Of a DNA stretch of 32,968 nt, positions 8,661 to 17,086 are shown piece by piece. The stretch's first letter is position 1. Every line of letters starts with the position of its first letter. The translations under genes were made by a program, and so were the position numbers. The notes beneath the pieces are model-generated. The model was not told the DNA's origin. It searched no databases and was given only the letters and a program-made list of their open reading frames with translations. The stretch lies in sequence record DRR723986_4063, one strand, 5' to 3'.

Positions 8661-10169
8661 ATGAAACGCACTTTTGCACCCGTGTTTGCGTTGGCCCTGC
8701 TGGCCTTGTTTAGCTCTTCGGTGTTCGCCCGCGGACGTGGTGGGGCAGCGATCTCTCGCGGCGGCGGTGGAATGTCGCGCCCCGCAGTACATGCTCCGAG
8801 CATGAGCCGCCCAAACATCTCGCGTCCCAGTATGTCACGCCCGAGTATGCCAAACATGAATCGGCCCAGCATGCCGAACATGAATCGACCTAGCATGCCC
8901 AACACGCGGCCCAATGTCAGCCGGCCTTCCATTCCGACGACACGACCAAACGTCTCGCGACCGAACATCCCGAGCACGCGGCCTAGTTTTCCGAGTAGTC
9001 GGCCCAACCTTCCGAATGGTCGGCCGAGTATACCAAATACGCCCAGCTTGCCGAACACAAGGCCAAGCCTTCCCGGGAATGGCGGCAATCGGCCTAGCTT
9101 GCCAAGCACTCGCCCGGGTGGTTCCATTAGTAAACCAAACTTGCCCAGCAATGTGCGGCCAGGGGCTGGGGTGGGTGAACGGCCAAGCCGCGGTGATGTG
9201 AAAGATTTTCTAAGCCTGCCCGGTCGTGATCCGGGGTTCAGTCGCCCCTCGCTGCCGGGTAGTCCTGCACTGCCAGAGAATCGTCCAAGCTTGCCGGGTC
9301 GCGATCCTGGATTGAGCCGACCGTCAATTCCTGAAAACCGCCCAAACATCAATCAGCCGAATCTGGGCAACGGCAACAACATCCGCAACCGCATCGAAGG
9401 CGGAGACAGTATTCGCAACCGGCTGGAGGGTGGCCACAATATCAACATCGGAAACATCGATGTCGACGTTCGCAACAACAATATTAACAACATCAAGAAT
9501 CGTTGGTCGAACGTAGACAATCGCCCCTTTGATCGCGGCTGGTGGGTCGACCCGGGATTCAGCCGACCGCCTGCTTACTGGCGTTGGCACACTGGATGGG
9601 GCCGCTATCCCGGTGCGTGGTGCTGGCGTCCTTGCACTTGGGTGGCTGTTGGCTCTTGGTTCACTTGGGGCACGTGGCCGCAGCCCGTCTCGTACAGCTA
9701 TGGAACGAACGTCGTGTATCGCGACAACTACGTGTACGTCAACAACGAGCAAGTCGGAACGGCAACGGAATATTACGAGCAGGCCGATGAGCTGGCAGCT
9801 AGTATTCCGGGGGACGTCGAGCCGGATGAAGTTGAGTGGATGCCACTTGGTGTGTTTGCGGTCACGGACGCAGCGGGGAATGACACTTCGATGCTCCTGC
9901 AACTTGCTGTTAGTAAAGAAGGGATCATCGCTGGTACGTTCTACAACTCGACAACTGAGAAAAGCCGCCCAGTTGAAGGCATGGTTGATCGCGAAACACA
10001 GCGGGCCGCCTGGCAGTTTTCCGATGACAAAGATTCGTCACTGGTCATGGAAGCTGGCATTTACGACCTGACCGAAGACCAGACTCCAGCTCTGCTCCAT
10101 TTTGATTCTGAAAATTCAGAAAACTGGTTGCTAGTGCAATTGCCTGAGCCGGAAGAAGGGGCTCAGTAG
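8661..10169 (+). CDS. Secreted low-complexity Arg-Pro-Ser/Asn repeat protein with Trp-rich linker and acidic C-terminal domain ('mu-protocadherin-like' planctomycete protein)
   Basis: Signal peptide, RGRGG, many RP[SN]xP repeats, Asn-rich segment, W-rich segment; C-terminal YSYGTNVVY...WMPLGVFA...LQLAVSKEGIIAGTFYN domain. Confidence 0.8.
   Translation: MKRTFAPVFALALLALFSSSVFARGRGGAAISRGGGGMSRPAVHAPSMSRPNISRPSMSRPSMPNMNRPSMPNMNRPSMPNTRPNVSRPSIPTTRPNVSRPNIPSTRPSFPSSRPNLPNGRPSIPNTPSLPNTRPSLPGNGGNRPSLPSTRPGGSISKPNLPSNVRPGAGVGERPSRGDVKDFLSLPGRDPGFSRPSLPGSPALPENRPSLPGRDPGLSRPSIPENRPNINQPNLGNGNNIRNRIEGGDSIRNRLEGGHNINIGNIDVDVRNNNINNIKNRWSNVDNRPFDRGWWVDPGFSRPPAYWRWHTGWGRYPGAWCWRPCTWVAVGSWFTWGTWPQPVSYSYGTNVVYRDNYVYVNNEQVGTATEYYEQADELAASIPGDVEPDEVEWMPLGVFAVTDAAGNDTSMLLQLAVSKEGIIAGTFYNSTTEKSRPVEGMVDRETQRAAWQFSDDKDSSLVMEAGIYDLTEDQTPALLHFDSENSENWLLVQLPEPEEGAQ
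8790..9360 (+). repeat. Intragenic imperfect repeats encoding RPSMPNMN, RPSLP and LPGRDPGxSRPS units
   Basis: Near-tandem 24-bp units (ccc/ccg agc/agt atgcc..aacatgaatcg) around 8840-8900; LPGRDPG(F/L)SRPS occurs twice. Confidence 0.8.
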
Positions 10170-10242
10170 TAGTTGCTGTGGTTCAGTGGGCGTCACTTGT
10201 TGGAAGAATGGTCTGTCGAAAGACTAGCTTTAAGGGGATTTG

Positions 10243-10572
10243 ATGGACTACGCATACGCGTCCTTTGGACCGACGCTTCAAGTTGTCGCGCTGGTTTTCC
10301 TGCTGGCATTTGCTCTGGCGTTGCTAGGGCTGGCAATATTTCTTGCCGCTCTGCCTGGGCGTCTAGCGGTCAGACGCGGTCACCGACAGGCGTCGAGTGT
10401 CAACCTGCTCGGTTGGCTGGGACTGCCGACGGGCGTTTTGTGGGTCGCCGCGATGGCCTGGGCCGTATGGCGCGAGGCAGATGACGCTCCCCAAGCGAGC
10501 TTAGATCAGGAACTTAGCCGGCTTGAAGGGGCCGTTCGAGACCTCGAAGAAGCAGTGGGGCAAGGGCGATGA
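10243..10572 (+). CDS. DUF3302 family small membrane protein (YibI-like)
   Basis: LPGRLAVRRGHRQA.SVNLLGWLGL...LWVAAMAWA motif, hydrophobic helices, C-terminal coiled tail; AAGGGG upstream of ATG 10243. Confidence 0.8.
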   Translation: MDYAYASFGPTLQVVALVFLLAFALALLGLAIFLAALPGRLAVRRGHRQASSVNLLGWLGLPTGVLWVAAMAWAVWREADDAPQASLDQELSRLEGAVRDLEEAVGQGR

Positions 10573-10772
10573 TTCCGGCAATCTTGAGCTGTATCTTCGT
10601 AGCGTATCTTTACAAAACGTTAAATGCTACTGAAGCAACGCCAGATATCTCACGGTCTACTTCGAAGACCAAGCTTCCCGTAGAGCAGCGGATTGTAGAG
10701 CAGCGGATTGAAGAGCTATCGTTGCGTCTTGAGCAACTAGCAGAATCGGTGAATGATAGGAGCCGACGATGA
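10569..10772 (+). CDS. Small hypothetical membrane-anchored coiled-coil protein (67 aa), possibly a deletion remnant
   Basis: ATGA overlaps with both neighbours (10569-72 and 10769-72); hydrophobic N-terminus; EELSLRLEQLAES coiled tail. Confidence 0.6.
   Translation: MIPAILSCIFVAYLYKTLNATEATPDISRSTSKTKLPVEQRIVEQRIEELSLRLEQLAESVNDRSRR
10680..10709 (+). repeat. Perfect 15-bp tandem duplication (gtagagcagcggatt x2)
   Basis: Directly visible; in frame, encodes VEQRI-VEQRI. Confidence 0.9.
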
Positions 10773-11893
10773 GCTGGATACTCTGCGGGTTCTATTGCGG
10801 AATTCTTTGGGGCGTGTTCGCAAAGTTTCGGTTACTGAAGCTAACACTTCCGCTAGCAATCGCTGCGGGGTCCGTTGGGCCATCGCTGATCATCGCACTG
10901 CTTTTTTGTGCGCAGTACTACCACCCACTGACGAGTGATGCACGCGTATTCAAACCAACGATTCCGATTGCTCCTCAGCTAAAACGTGAAGGTCGCGTGG
11001 TGGAAGTAGTCGCAAGGCCGAATGAGCGTCTGGAGGCTGGTGATGTGCTATTCAAGGTCGACACAGTTCCTTACCAGAACTCAGTCGCGCGTTTGCGTAC
11101 GGAAGTTGAAGCGGCTAGAAAGTCAGTGGATGTTGCGAAACAGGGGGTTGTCCTGACCCAAGCCTCCTTGAAGCGTTCCAAGGCGAGCCTAGATTTTGCA
11201 AGAAAAGACAGAGACCGAAAAACAAAGCTACACGAGTCTAACGCGGTTAGTGACGAAGAGTTTGAATTGGCTGTTGCTCGTTTTGAAGAAGCCAGCGCTG
11301 CCCTGACACAGGCCGAAGCTGCTATCCTCCAAGCCCAACTTGGTGTTGAAATGGCGGAAGAAAAGCTATCTGAAGGACAAACAAAGCTCATTGATGCTGA
11401 GTATGACCTGCAACAAACAACTGTCGTCGCGCCGGCAGATGGCTACGTAACGAACCTACAACTTAGAGAAGGGGCTCTGGTTGGTGGTATGACAGGAGCC
11501 GTAATGACATTCGTTGTGGATTCCGATAATGAAGACTCTGGCGTAGTTGTAGCGGCTTTCAACCAGAAGAATTACCTCCGGATCAAGGAAGGGCAGTACT
11601 GCGAGGTCGCACTACACGGCTATCCGGGGTCTATCTTTACGGGGCGTGTCGTCAACGCAATCGATATCTCAGGCGCCGGGCAACTCTCTGCGTCAGGAGT
11701 CTTGCCAGAAACCTTGGGGGCTCGCGCGCCGGCAACTTTTGCCGTGCGGATCAAGTTAGATGAAAGCGAGGGGTTAAGGCTGCCGGGTGGATCCCAGGCG
11801 CAGGTTGCTGTCTACACAGAGAGTGTGCAGATTTCCGGAATACCCATCATGTTTGTCATTCGAGCGCAAAGCTGGCTTCGCTACCTCATGTAG
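10769..11893 (+). CDS. HlyD/EmrA-family periplasmic adaptor (membrane fusion) protein, YibH-like
   Basis: Two N-terminal hydrophobic segments; lipoyl halves GRVVEV..PNERLEAGDVLFKVD and TTVVAPADGYVTNL; long alpha-helical hairpin. Confidence 0.9.
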   Translation: MSWILCGFYCGILWGVFAKFRLLKLTLPLAIAAGSVGPSLIIALLFCAQYYHPLTSDARVFKPTIPIAPQLKREGRVVEVVARPNERLEAGDVLFKVDTVPYQNSVARLRTEVEAARKSVDVAKQGVVLTQASLKRSKASLDFARKDRDRKTKLHESNAVSDEEFELAVARFEEASAALTQAEAAILQAQLGVEMAEEKLSEGQTKLIDAEYDLQQTTVVAPADGYVTNLQLREGALVGGMTGAVMTFVVDSDNEDSGVVVAAFNQKNYLRIKEGQYCEVALHGYPGSIFTGRVVNAIDISGAGQLSASGVLPETLGARAPATFAVRIKLDESEGLRLPGGSQAQVAVYTESVQISGIPIMFVIRAQSWLRYLM

Positions 11894-12046
11894 GGTGTTC
11901 GCAAAGCGGCCTTTATTCATCACTGGCTGGGCCCGGTGTTATGCGAAGGCCCCACCTGTAGCGCTCTATTGGATTGCCAATTGCTAGCATCTTCAGCAGA
12001 CACTACATCTTACGCTGCTTGGCTAGGACGAAGTATCCCCCCGCTT

Positions 12047-12074
12047 GTATGGGAAAACCCGCATACTTTCCAAG
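12047..12074 (+). promoter_or_regulatory. Candidate operator upstream of the OprB porin (gtATGGGAAAACCCGCATactttccaag)
   Basis: 20/28 match to the reverse complement of 15345..15372; imperfect ATGCGG-N4-CCGCAT palindrome. Confidence 0.35.
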
Positions 12075-12343
12075 CACAAACAAGCCTTCTGGCTCCGATG
12101 CTTCAACCAAAAAGGCGGTTTAGCCTGGGCGGCTATCATCAGCGCTGGAGCACGGTTGTGCGGAAACCGGAACCACCGCACGAAGCGTCGAAACCTTCGA
12201 TGTGCCACGCCACCGAATAGCGACTCAGGCAGTGTGTAACTTCAGGTTGCACCCGCAGGCCGGTTGGCTTACGCGGCACGGGCATCAATGAGCACCACTG
12301 ACCGAAACGCCAAGACGCCGACATCTTGCGAAGGAATGTTGCG

Positions 12344-13705
12344 ATGTATTTCACCCACAGTAGTCACTCCCGGCCAAGTGTTTGGCGAAAAGCGACAATG
12401 CTATTTGCATTGGTGAATGTTGGTCTAGTAGTTTCTTTGGCTCGCGGCGCTGACTCAATCTGCGACCAAAGAAGCTGCTTTCTCGACGCGGACGTTTCGA
12501 GTGAATGCGACAGTTCGTGTGTCGAAAGCCGATGTGGTGCACCGATTAGCTATGGTCGTGGTGTAGGTCTCGGCCTGTCAGCCAGGCGTAGTCGCTGGGC
12601 GAACAATGGAATTACGTTTCAAAACAACCTGACACAGTTTTACCTCGGGAACACTGCTGGCGGTCTTCAACGGGAGTTCAGGTACTCCGGCCATGGCGAC
12701 TATGTGACCAACCTGGACTTTGGCAAACTGGGCGTACAGGAAGGCTTGTTTTTGAAGATTAGAGCCGAGCATAGATTGGGAGAATCATTGGCGCAGGCGA
12801 CTGGGGCAATTCTTCCTCCAAACTTGGCCGCAGATTTACCTGTTGCAGAAGAAGAGCGGCTTCTGATTTCAAACTTCCTGTTCACCCAAGCGCTTTCTGA
12901 GAGCTTCGTATTGTTCGCCGGAAAGCTCGACACACTCGATGGCGACCTGAACGCCTATGCTCATGGTCGCGGCGTCCGGCAATTCTCTAACTCAGCTTTC
13001 GTGGCCAATCCGATTGCGCTTCGGACGGTTCCCTATTCAACACTTGGAGCAGGATTTGCATATCTGTATGAAGGGGAGCCTCTTCTAGCGGTCACCGTTC
13101 TAAACGCGACAGATACAGTTGAGACCGATGGATTCAGTGAGCTGTTTGCCGACGGCGCGGTCGTTACAGCAGAGTTGCGTTTGCCAACCTATTTTGGTGG
13201 GAAGCCTGGACACCAGTTGTTCGCAGGCACTTGGAGCAGTCGAGATGTGGTATCACTGGATCAAGATCCACGCATTGTTCTGCCGCAAGTACCGGTAGCT
13301 CGACAATCCGATTCATGGTCACTGTATTGGAATTGTGACCAAGCTTTAGTAGGCGACTCAGAACGTCATTGGGGAATCTTTGGAAGAGCTGGAATTGCAG
13401 ACGGCCAAACGAATCCGCTTGCATATTTTTTATCGGGTGGGCTAGGGGGAGCGAGCATGATCAAGGGACGCGAAGCTGACTCGTGGGGCCTCGGCTACTA
13501 CTACACCAAGACGAGCGATGATATTGCACCACTGTTGCAAGCAGCACTTGGAACTCTGGGGGACGGGCAGGGCGTTGAGCTATTCTATAACTACGCCGTT
13601 TGTGATTCGTTTACAGTGACGCCTGATCTGCAATTCCTGGCCCCTGCACGCAACAATGTCAACAATGCCGTTATCGCTGGGGTTCGAGCCAACATCGCTT
13701 TCTAG
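12344..13705 (+). CDS. Carbohydrate-selective porin, OprB family
   Basis: AAGGA before ATG 12344; YSGHGDY..NLDFGKLG, FTQALSESFVLFAGKLD, ELFYN...VTPDLQ; ends in Phe (ANIAF), typical of beta-barrels. Confidence 0.85.
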   Translation: MYFTHSSHSRPSVWRKATMLFALVNVGLVVSLARGADSICDQRSCFLDADVSSECDSSCVESRCGAPISYGRGVGLGLSARRSRWANNGITFQNNLTQFYLGNTAGGLQREFRYSGHGDYVTNLDFGKLGVQEGLFLKIRAEHRLGESLAQATGAILPPNLAADLPVAEEERLLISNFLFTQALSESFVLFAGKLDTLDGDLNAYAHGRGVRQFSNSAFVANPIALRTVPYSTLGAGFAYLYEGEPLLAVTVLNATDTVETDGFSELFADGAVVTAELRLPTYFGGKPGHQLFAGTWSSRDVVSLDQDPRIVLPQVPVARQSDSWSLYWNCDQALVGDSERHWGIFGRAGIADGQTNPLAYFLSGGLGGASMIKGREADSWGLGYYYTKTSDDIAPLLQAALGTLGDGQGVELFYNYAVCDSFTVTPDLQFLAPARNNVNNAVIAGVRANIAF

Positions 13706-13812
13706 TCAATGAACGTCGAATCTGTGGAATCGCAGAACCGACGCGTTTGGATGTGCTTGAAACCACGCACGGACGCTTTGTGCAGTCGTGTTGCCTCGCG
13801 TTATCTTGAAGT

Positions 13813-15198
13813 TCAGGGCAGATAGAAACCGCATGAGAATTGGACTCGGTTCGCTGCGGCAGAGGCCAGTGATTGGTTCTGCCGAACGCCATACAAGTAC
13901 TCAACGCCCCAAAAGACTCGGTCGTAAGGGTTTTGAATCAGGTTCACTGCGAAGTAAGATGTTTCGCGCAAGTTGTCAGGTGCTTGGCCAGCAATATTCT
14001 CAGCGTGCAGTGAACTGTACGTAACATTAGACGTCAGCGAAGGCACCCAACTGTACTTCAGGCCAACCATCCATCCAAACACAGGAAGGATCTCTGCGGT
14101 TGTACTGCTAGTCGCTACAACGTCGGGAGAGCCTCTATAGCTTCCCACGCCTTCTCCGAAAGTGATTTGGTAGTACGCCTTCATTCGATCGGAGCTGCTA
14201 ACCGAACCTGTAAAGTTGAAGCCCCAGGCTGTATCGGTCACGACAGGTTGCCCCAGTGGTTGGAATCCAAGCTCGCGAAGGACGAGTGCGATCTGGAATT
14301 CGCACCAGTTGCGCTCGAACCGCACTCGCGAGACAAAGTCGGGCGTTTCAGTCCGAACACTGCCTTGCACGCTCTCGGGAACTTCGATGAATACGCGGGG
14401 GTTCTCTATCGAAGCTGCAATTGAGAAACCGCTTGTCGACAATGGTCGTTCATACCGCACCAGTCCTTGGCGACGGTTGACGTTCGACACTCCGCCCTCA
14501 AAGTCTAAGGTCTGTGGTACCGCCGATGGATCGGTGAAGGTGGTCCATGTTTGTCCAACAGTCAAGTTTCCGAGTACACCATAGGCGTGTCGTAACCTGA
14601 GAGCATCGTTGGCTCCGGTACGGTCACCAAAAAAATCCACTTCGACGAAAGCTCGTGCAATGTCGCCTGAGGTCTTCCAGCGAGTGTCGAAGCTTAGTCG
14701 AGTCTGGCGCGCATGTAGACGCGAGTTTCGCCGGTCCGCCGCACCGATCTCGATGGTACTGGTATCGAAGGTGTCGGTTGAGCCAATTGGATCGAAATCG
14801 GTTATCAAGTCCGCCTTTACATAACCACCAATCTTCAGGGCAGCCGACCTCGACAGCACGGTCAGCCCTCCCTCGAAGTCTGGGAAGTCGGTGAAGTTGT
14901 TCCGAAGGCTGCTTCGCGCGTCAAAACGCTGGTCGATGAAAGAGCTTGGTTGGGTTGTGCCTGACGGTGCGAGCGGGCTCACTTCGACAGCCGCAGGGAC
15001 CTCATCAATTTGCGACCAGTCTAGCGTGCCGGAAGTCGTCGTCTTTAGCGGAGCAGCAACCTGAACGGTTGAAGTATGCATCGGCGGCTCTTTGCTCTTC
15101 AGCCCGGCGCCAGCAAGCGGATCTTGGGCGTCCGCTGGTATGCAGAGCAGCACTAGTAGGCATGACCCGAGGCAAATCGCCAATGATTTTGCTAGCAC
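13813..15198 (-). CDS. DcaP-family outer membrane porin
   Basis: Signal peptide; KIGGYVKADL, ARQTRLSF, FVEVDFFG, LRLRHAYG, GQTWTTFTD, TLDFEG, GVEYLYG motifs. Exact start codon uncertain. Confidence 0.85.
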   Translation of the reverse strand: MLAKSLAICLGSCLLVLLCIPADAQDPLAGAGLKSKEPPMHTSTVQVAAPLKTTTSGTLDWSQIDEVPAAVEVSPLAPSGTTQPSSFIDQRFDARSSLRNNFTDFPDFEGGLTVLSRSAALKIGGYVKADLITDFDPIGSTDTFDTSTIEIGAADRRNSRLHARQTRLSFDTRWKTSGDIARAFVEVDFFGDRTGANDALRLRHAYGVLGNLTVGQTWTTFTDPSAVPQTLDFEGGVSNVNRRQGLVRYERPLSTSGFSIAASIENPRVFIEVPESVQGSVRTETPDFVSRVRFERNWCEFQIALVLRELGFQPLGQPVVTDTAWGFNFTGSVSSSDRMKAYYQITFGEGVGSYRGSPDVVATSSTTAEILPVFGWMVGLKYSWVPSLTSNVTYSSLHAENIAGQAPDNLRETSYFAVNLIQNPYDRVFWGVEYLYGVRQNQSLASAAANRVQFSCGFYLP

Positions 15199-15344
15199 AG
15201 TTGTCAGCCAAGGTACAAAAGAGGTTCAGGTTGTACCGTTTACTTCGACTCTGACGACTAGAAAGCTTGAGTGCGACCATACCCAATGTTGCTGAATAAG
15301 AATGACGTACGTGAGGGGGGCGGGTTGCCACGGAGGTGGTTTTC

Positions 15345-15372
15345 CTGGGAAAGAGTGCGGTTTACCGCATGC
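15345..15372. promoter_or_regulatory. Candidate palindromic operator (TGCGG-TTTA-CCGCA) in the divergent DcaP/sulfatase promoter region
   Basis: Perfect 5-bp inverted arms at 15356-15369; related to 12047..12074; followed by an AT-rich tract (tataaat). Confidence 0.4.
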
Positions 15373-15443
15373 TATCGTGTATAAATACGCTATTCTTTTT
15401 AGTAGCTTTGGAAAATATGCACCCCTGAAAGTTGGCCCCAACA

Positions 15444-16976
15444 ATGCAGCTCCGAAAACTTCTCATCCTCTGTATCCTGGCTTTAACCACATCGATTGCG
15501 AACGCCGCTGACAAGCCCAATATCGTCATCATTTGGGGTGACGATGTTGGACGTGCAAACATCAGCGCGTACACCCACGGCGTGATGGGCTACCGCACGC
15601 CCAACATTGATCGCGTCGCCCGAGAGGGCATGATGTTCACCGACTACTACGCAGAGCAAAGCTGCACGGCCGGTCGCGCGAGCTTCATCATGGGCCAGCA
15701 CGGTATGCGTACGGGACTGACGAAAGTTGGGCTGCCAGGCGCAGTGGTTGGTATGCAGAAAGAAGACCCCACCATTGCCGGGCTCCTCAAGAACCACGGC
15801 TATGCCTGTGGCCAGTTTGGCAAGAACCACCTGGGCGACCGAGATGAGATGCTACCAACCAATCATGGTTTCGATGAATTCTATGGCAACTTGTACCACT
15901 TGAATGCAGAGGAAGAGCCGGAGCATGTCGACTACCCGAAGGATCCCGAGTTTCGAAAGAAATACGGCCCACGTGGTGTACTACATAGCTTTGCAGATGG
16001 TCGAATCGAAGACACCGGCCCTCTGACTCGCAAGCGAATGGAAACGATTGACGATGATGTTGCTGCCCGCGCGGCGGACTTCATGGAGCGTCAGAAGAAG
16101 GCTGACAAGCCGTTCTTTGTTTGGGTGAATTTCACCCACATGCACTTCCGCACACACGTAAAGCCGGAGAGTAAAGGGCAAGCTGGGCGTTGGATGAGTG
16201 AGTATGCCGACGCGATGATCGACCACGACAAGAATGTCGGCACCGTTCTGGACAAGATTGATGAACTGGGAATTGGTGACAACACATTCGTCATGTACAG
16301 CACCGACAATGGGCCGCACATGAACACCTGGCCCGATGCCGCGATGACTCCATTCCGCAATGAAAAGAATAGTAACTGGGAAGGCGCTTATCGTGTTCCA
16401 GCTATGGTCCGGTTTCCTGGGAAGATCGAAGCGGGGTCGGTTTCCAACGAGATCGTCTCACACCTCGACTGGCTGCCAACAATCCTAGCAATGGCTGGTG
16501 AGAGCGATGTAAAGGAAAAGTTGCTCAAGGGGCATTCTGCGATCGGGCGAAACTACAAAGTGCACCTAGATGGGTATAACTTACTGCCATACTTGACTGG
16601 CGAAGAAGAAAAGAGCCCACGCGAGGAATTCTTCTACGCAAACGATGATCAACAGCTAACGGCGCTGCGATACGACAACTGGAAGCTAGTCTTCATGGAG
16701 CAGCGGCAAGCTGGGACCCTGCAAATCTGGGCTGAGCCATTCGTTTCGCTTCGACTGCCAAAGATTTTCAACCTACGGACAGACCCGTACGAGCGTGCCG
16801 ATCGAACATCGAACACCTACTACGACTGGTTGATCGATCGGGCGTACCTATTGGTTCCAGCTCAAGACTACGTGGGCAAGTTCATTTCAACGTTCGCTGA
16901 GTTTCCGCCTCGCCAAAAGGCCGCATCCTTCAATTTGGATGAGGTCATGTCAAAGCTGCAGTCCGGCGGCCAGTAG
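15444..16976 (+). CDS. Arylsulfatase (Cys-type S1 sulfatase, CTAGR subgroup), secreted
   Basis: Signal MQLRKLLILCILALTTSIANA; KPNIVIIWGDDVG; SCTAGRASF; FGKNHLGD; STDNG; FNLRTDPYE. Confidence 0.93.
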   Translation: MQLRKLLILCILALTTSIANAADKPNIVIIWGDDVGRANISAYTHGVMGYRTPNIDRVAREGMMFTDYYAEQSCTAGRASFIMGQHGMRTGLTKVGLPGAVVGMQKEDPTIAGLLKNHGYACGQFGKNHLGDRDEMLPTNHGFDEFYGNLYHLNAEEEPEHVDYPKDPEFRKKYGPRGVLHSFADGRIEDTGPLTRKRMETIDDDVAARAADFMERQKKADKPFFVWVNFTHMHFRTHVKPESKGQAGRWMSEYADAMIDHDKNVGTVLDKIDELGIGDNTFVMYSTDNGPHMNTWPDAAMTPFRNEKNSNWEGAYRVPAMVRFPGKIEAGSVSNEIVSHLDWLPTILAMAGESDVKEKLLKGHSAIGRNYKVHLDGYNLLPYLTGEEEKSPREEFFYANDDQQLTALRYDNWKLVFMEQRQAGTLQIWAEPFVSLRLPKIFNLRTDPYERADRTSNTYYDWLIDRAYLLVPAQDYVGKFISTFAEFPPRQKAASFNLDEVMSKLQSGGQ

Positions 16977-17020
16977 TCAACGTAGTGATGGCAACTAGTT
17001 ACTCAACCGCGTGACTAAGT

Positions 17021-17056
17021 CTCAAGGCGACGGGTTTCGTCGCCTTGAGTATTTAT
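17021..17056 (+). terminator. Strong hairpin, probable intrinsic terminator or RNA-processing stem between the sulfatase and moxR
   Basis: ctcaaggcgacg-ggttt-cgtcgccttgag is a perfect 12-bp stem, followed by tatttatt. Confidence 0.6.
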
Positions 17057-17086
17057 TGGCCCTTCAATGCACCTGAGTCGAAATCT

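Noticed and set aside
8603-9352. 249-aa Gly/Arg/Leu antisense ORF
   Set aside because: Shadow of the low-complexity repeat on the + strand; no independent signal.
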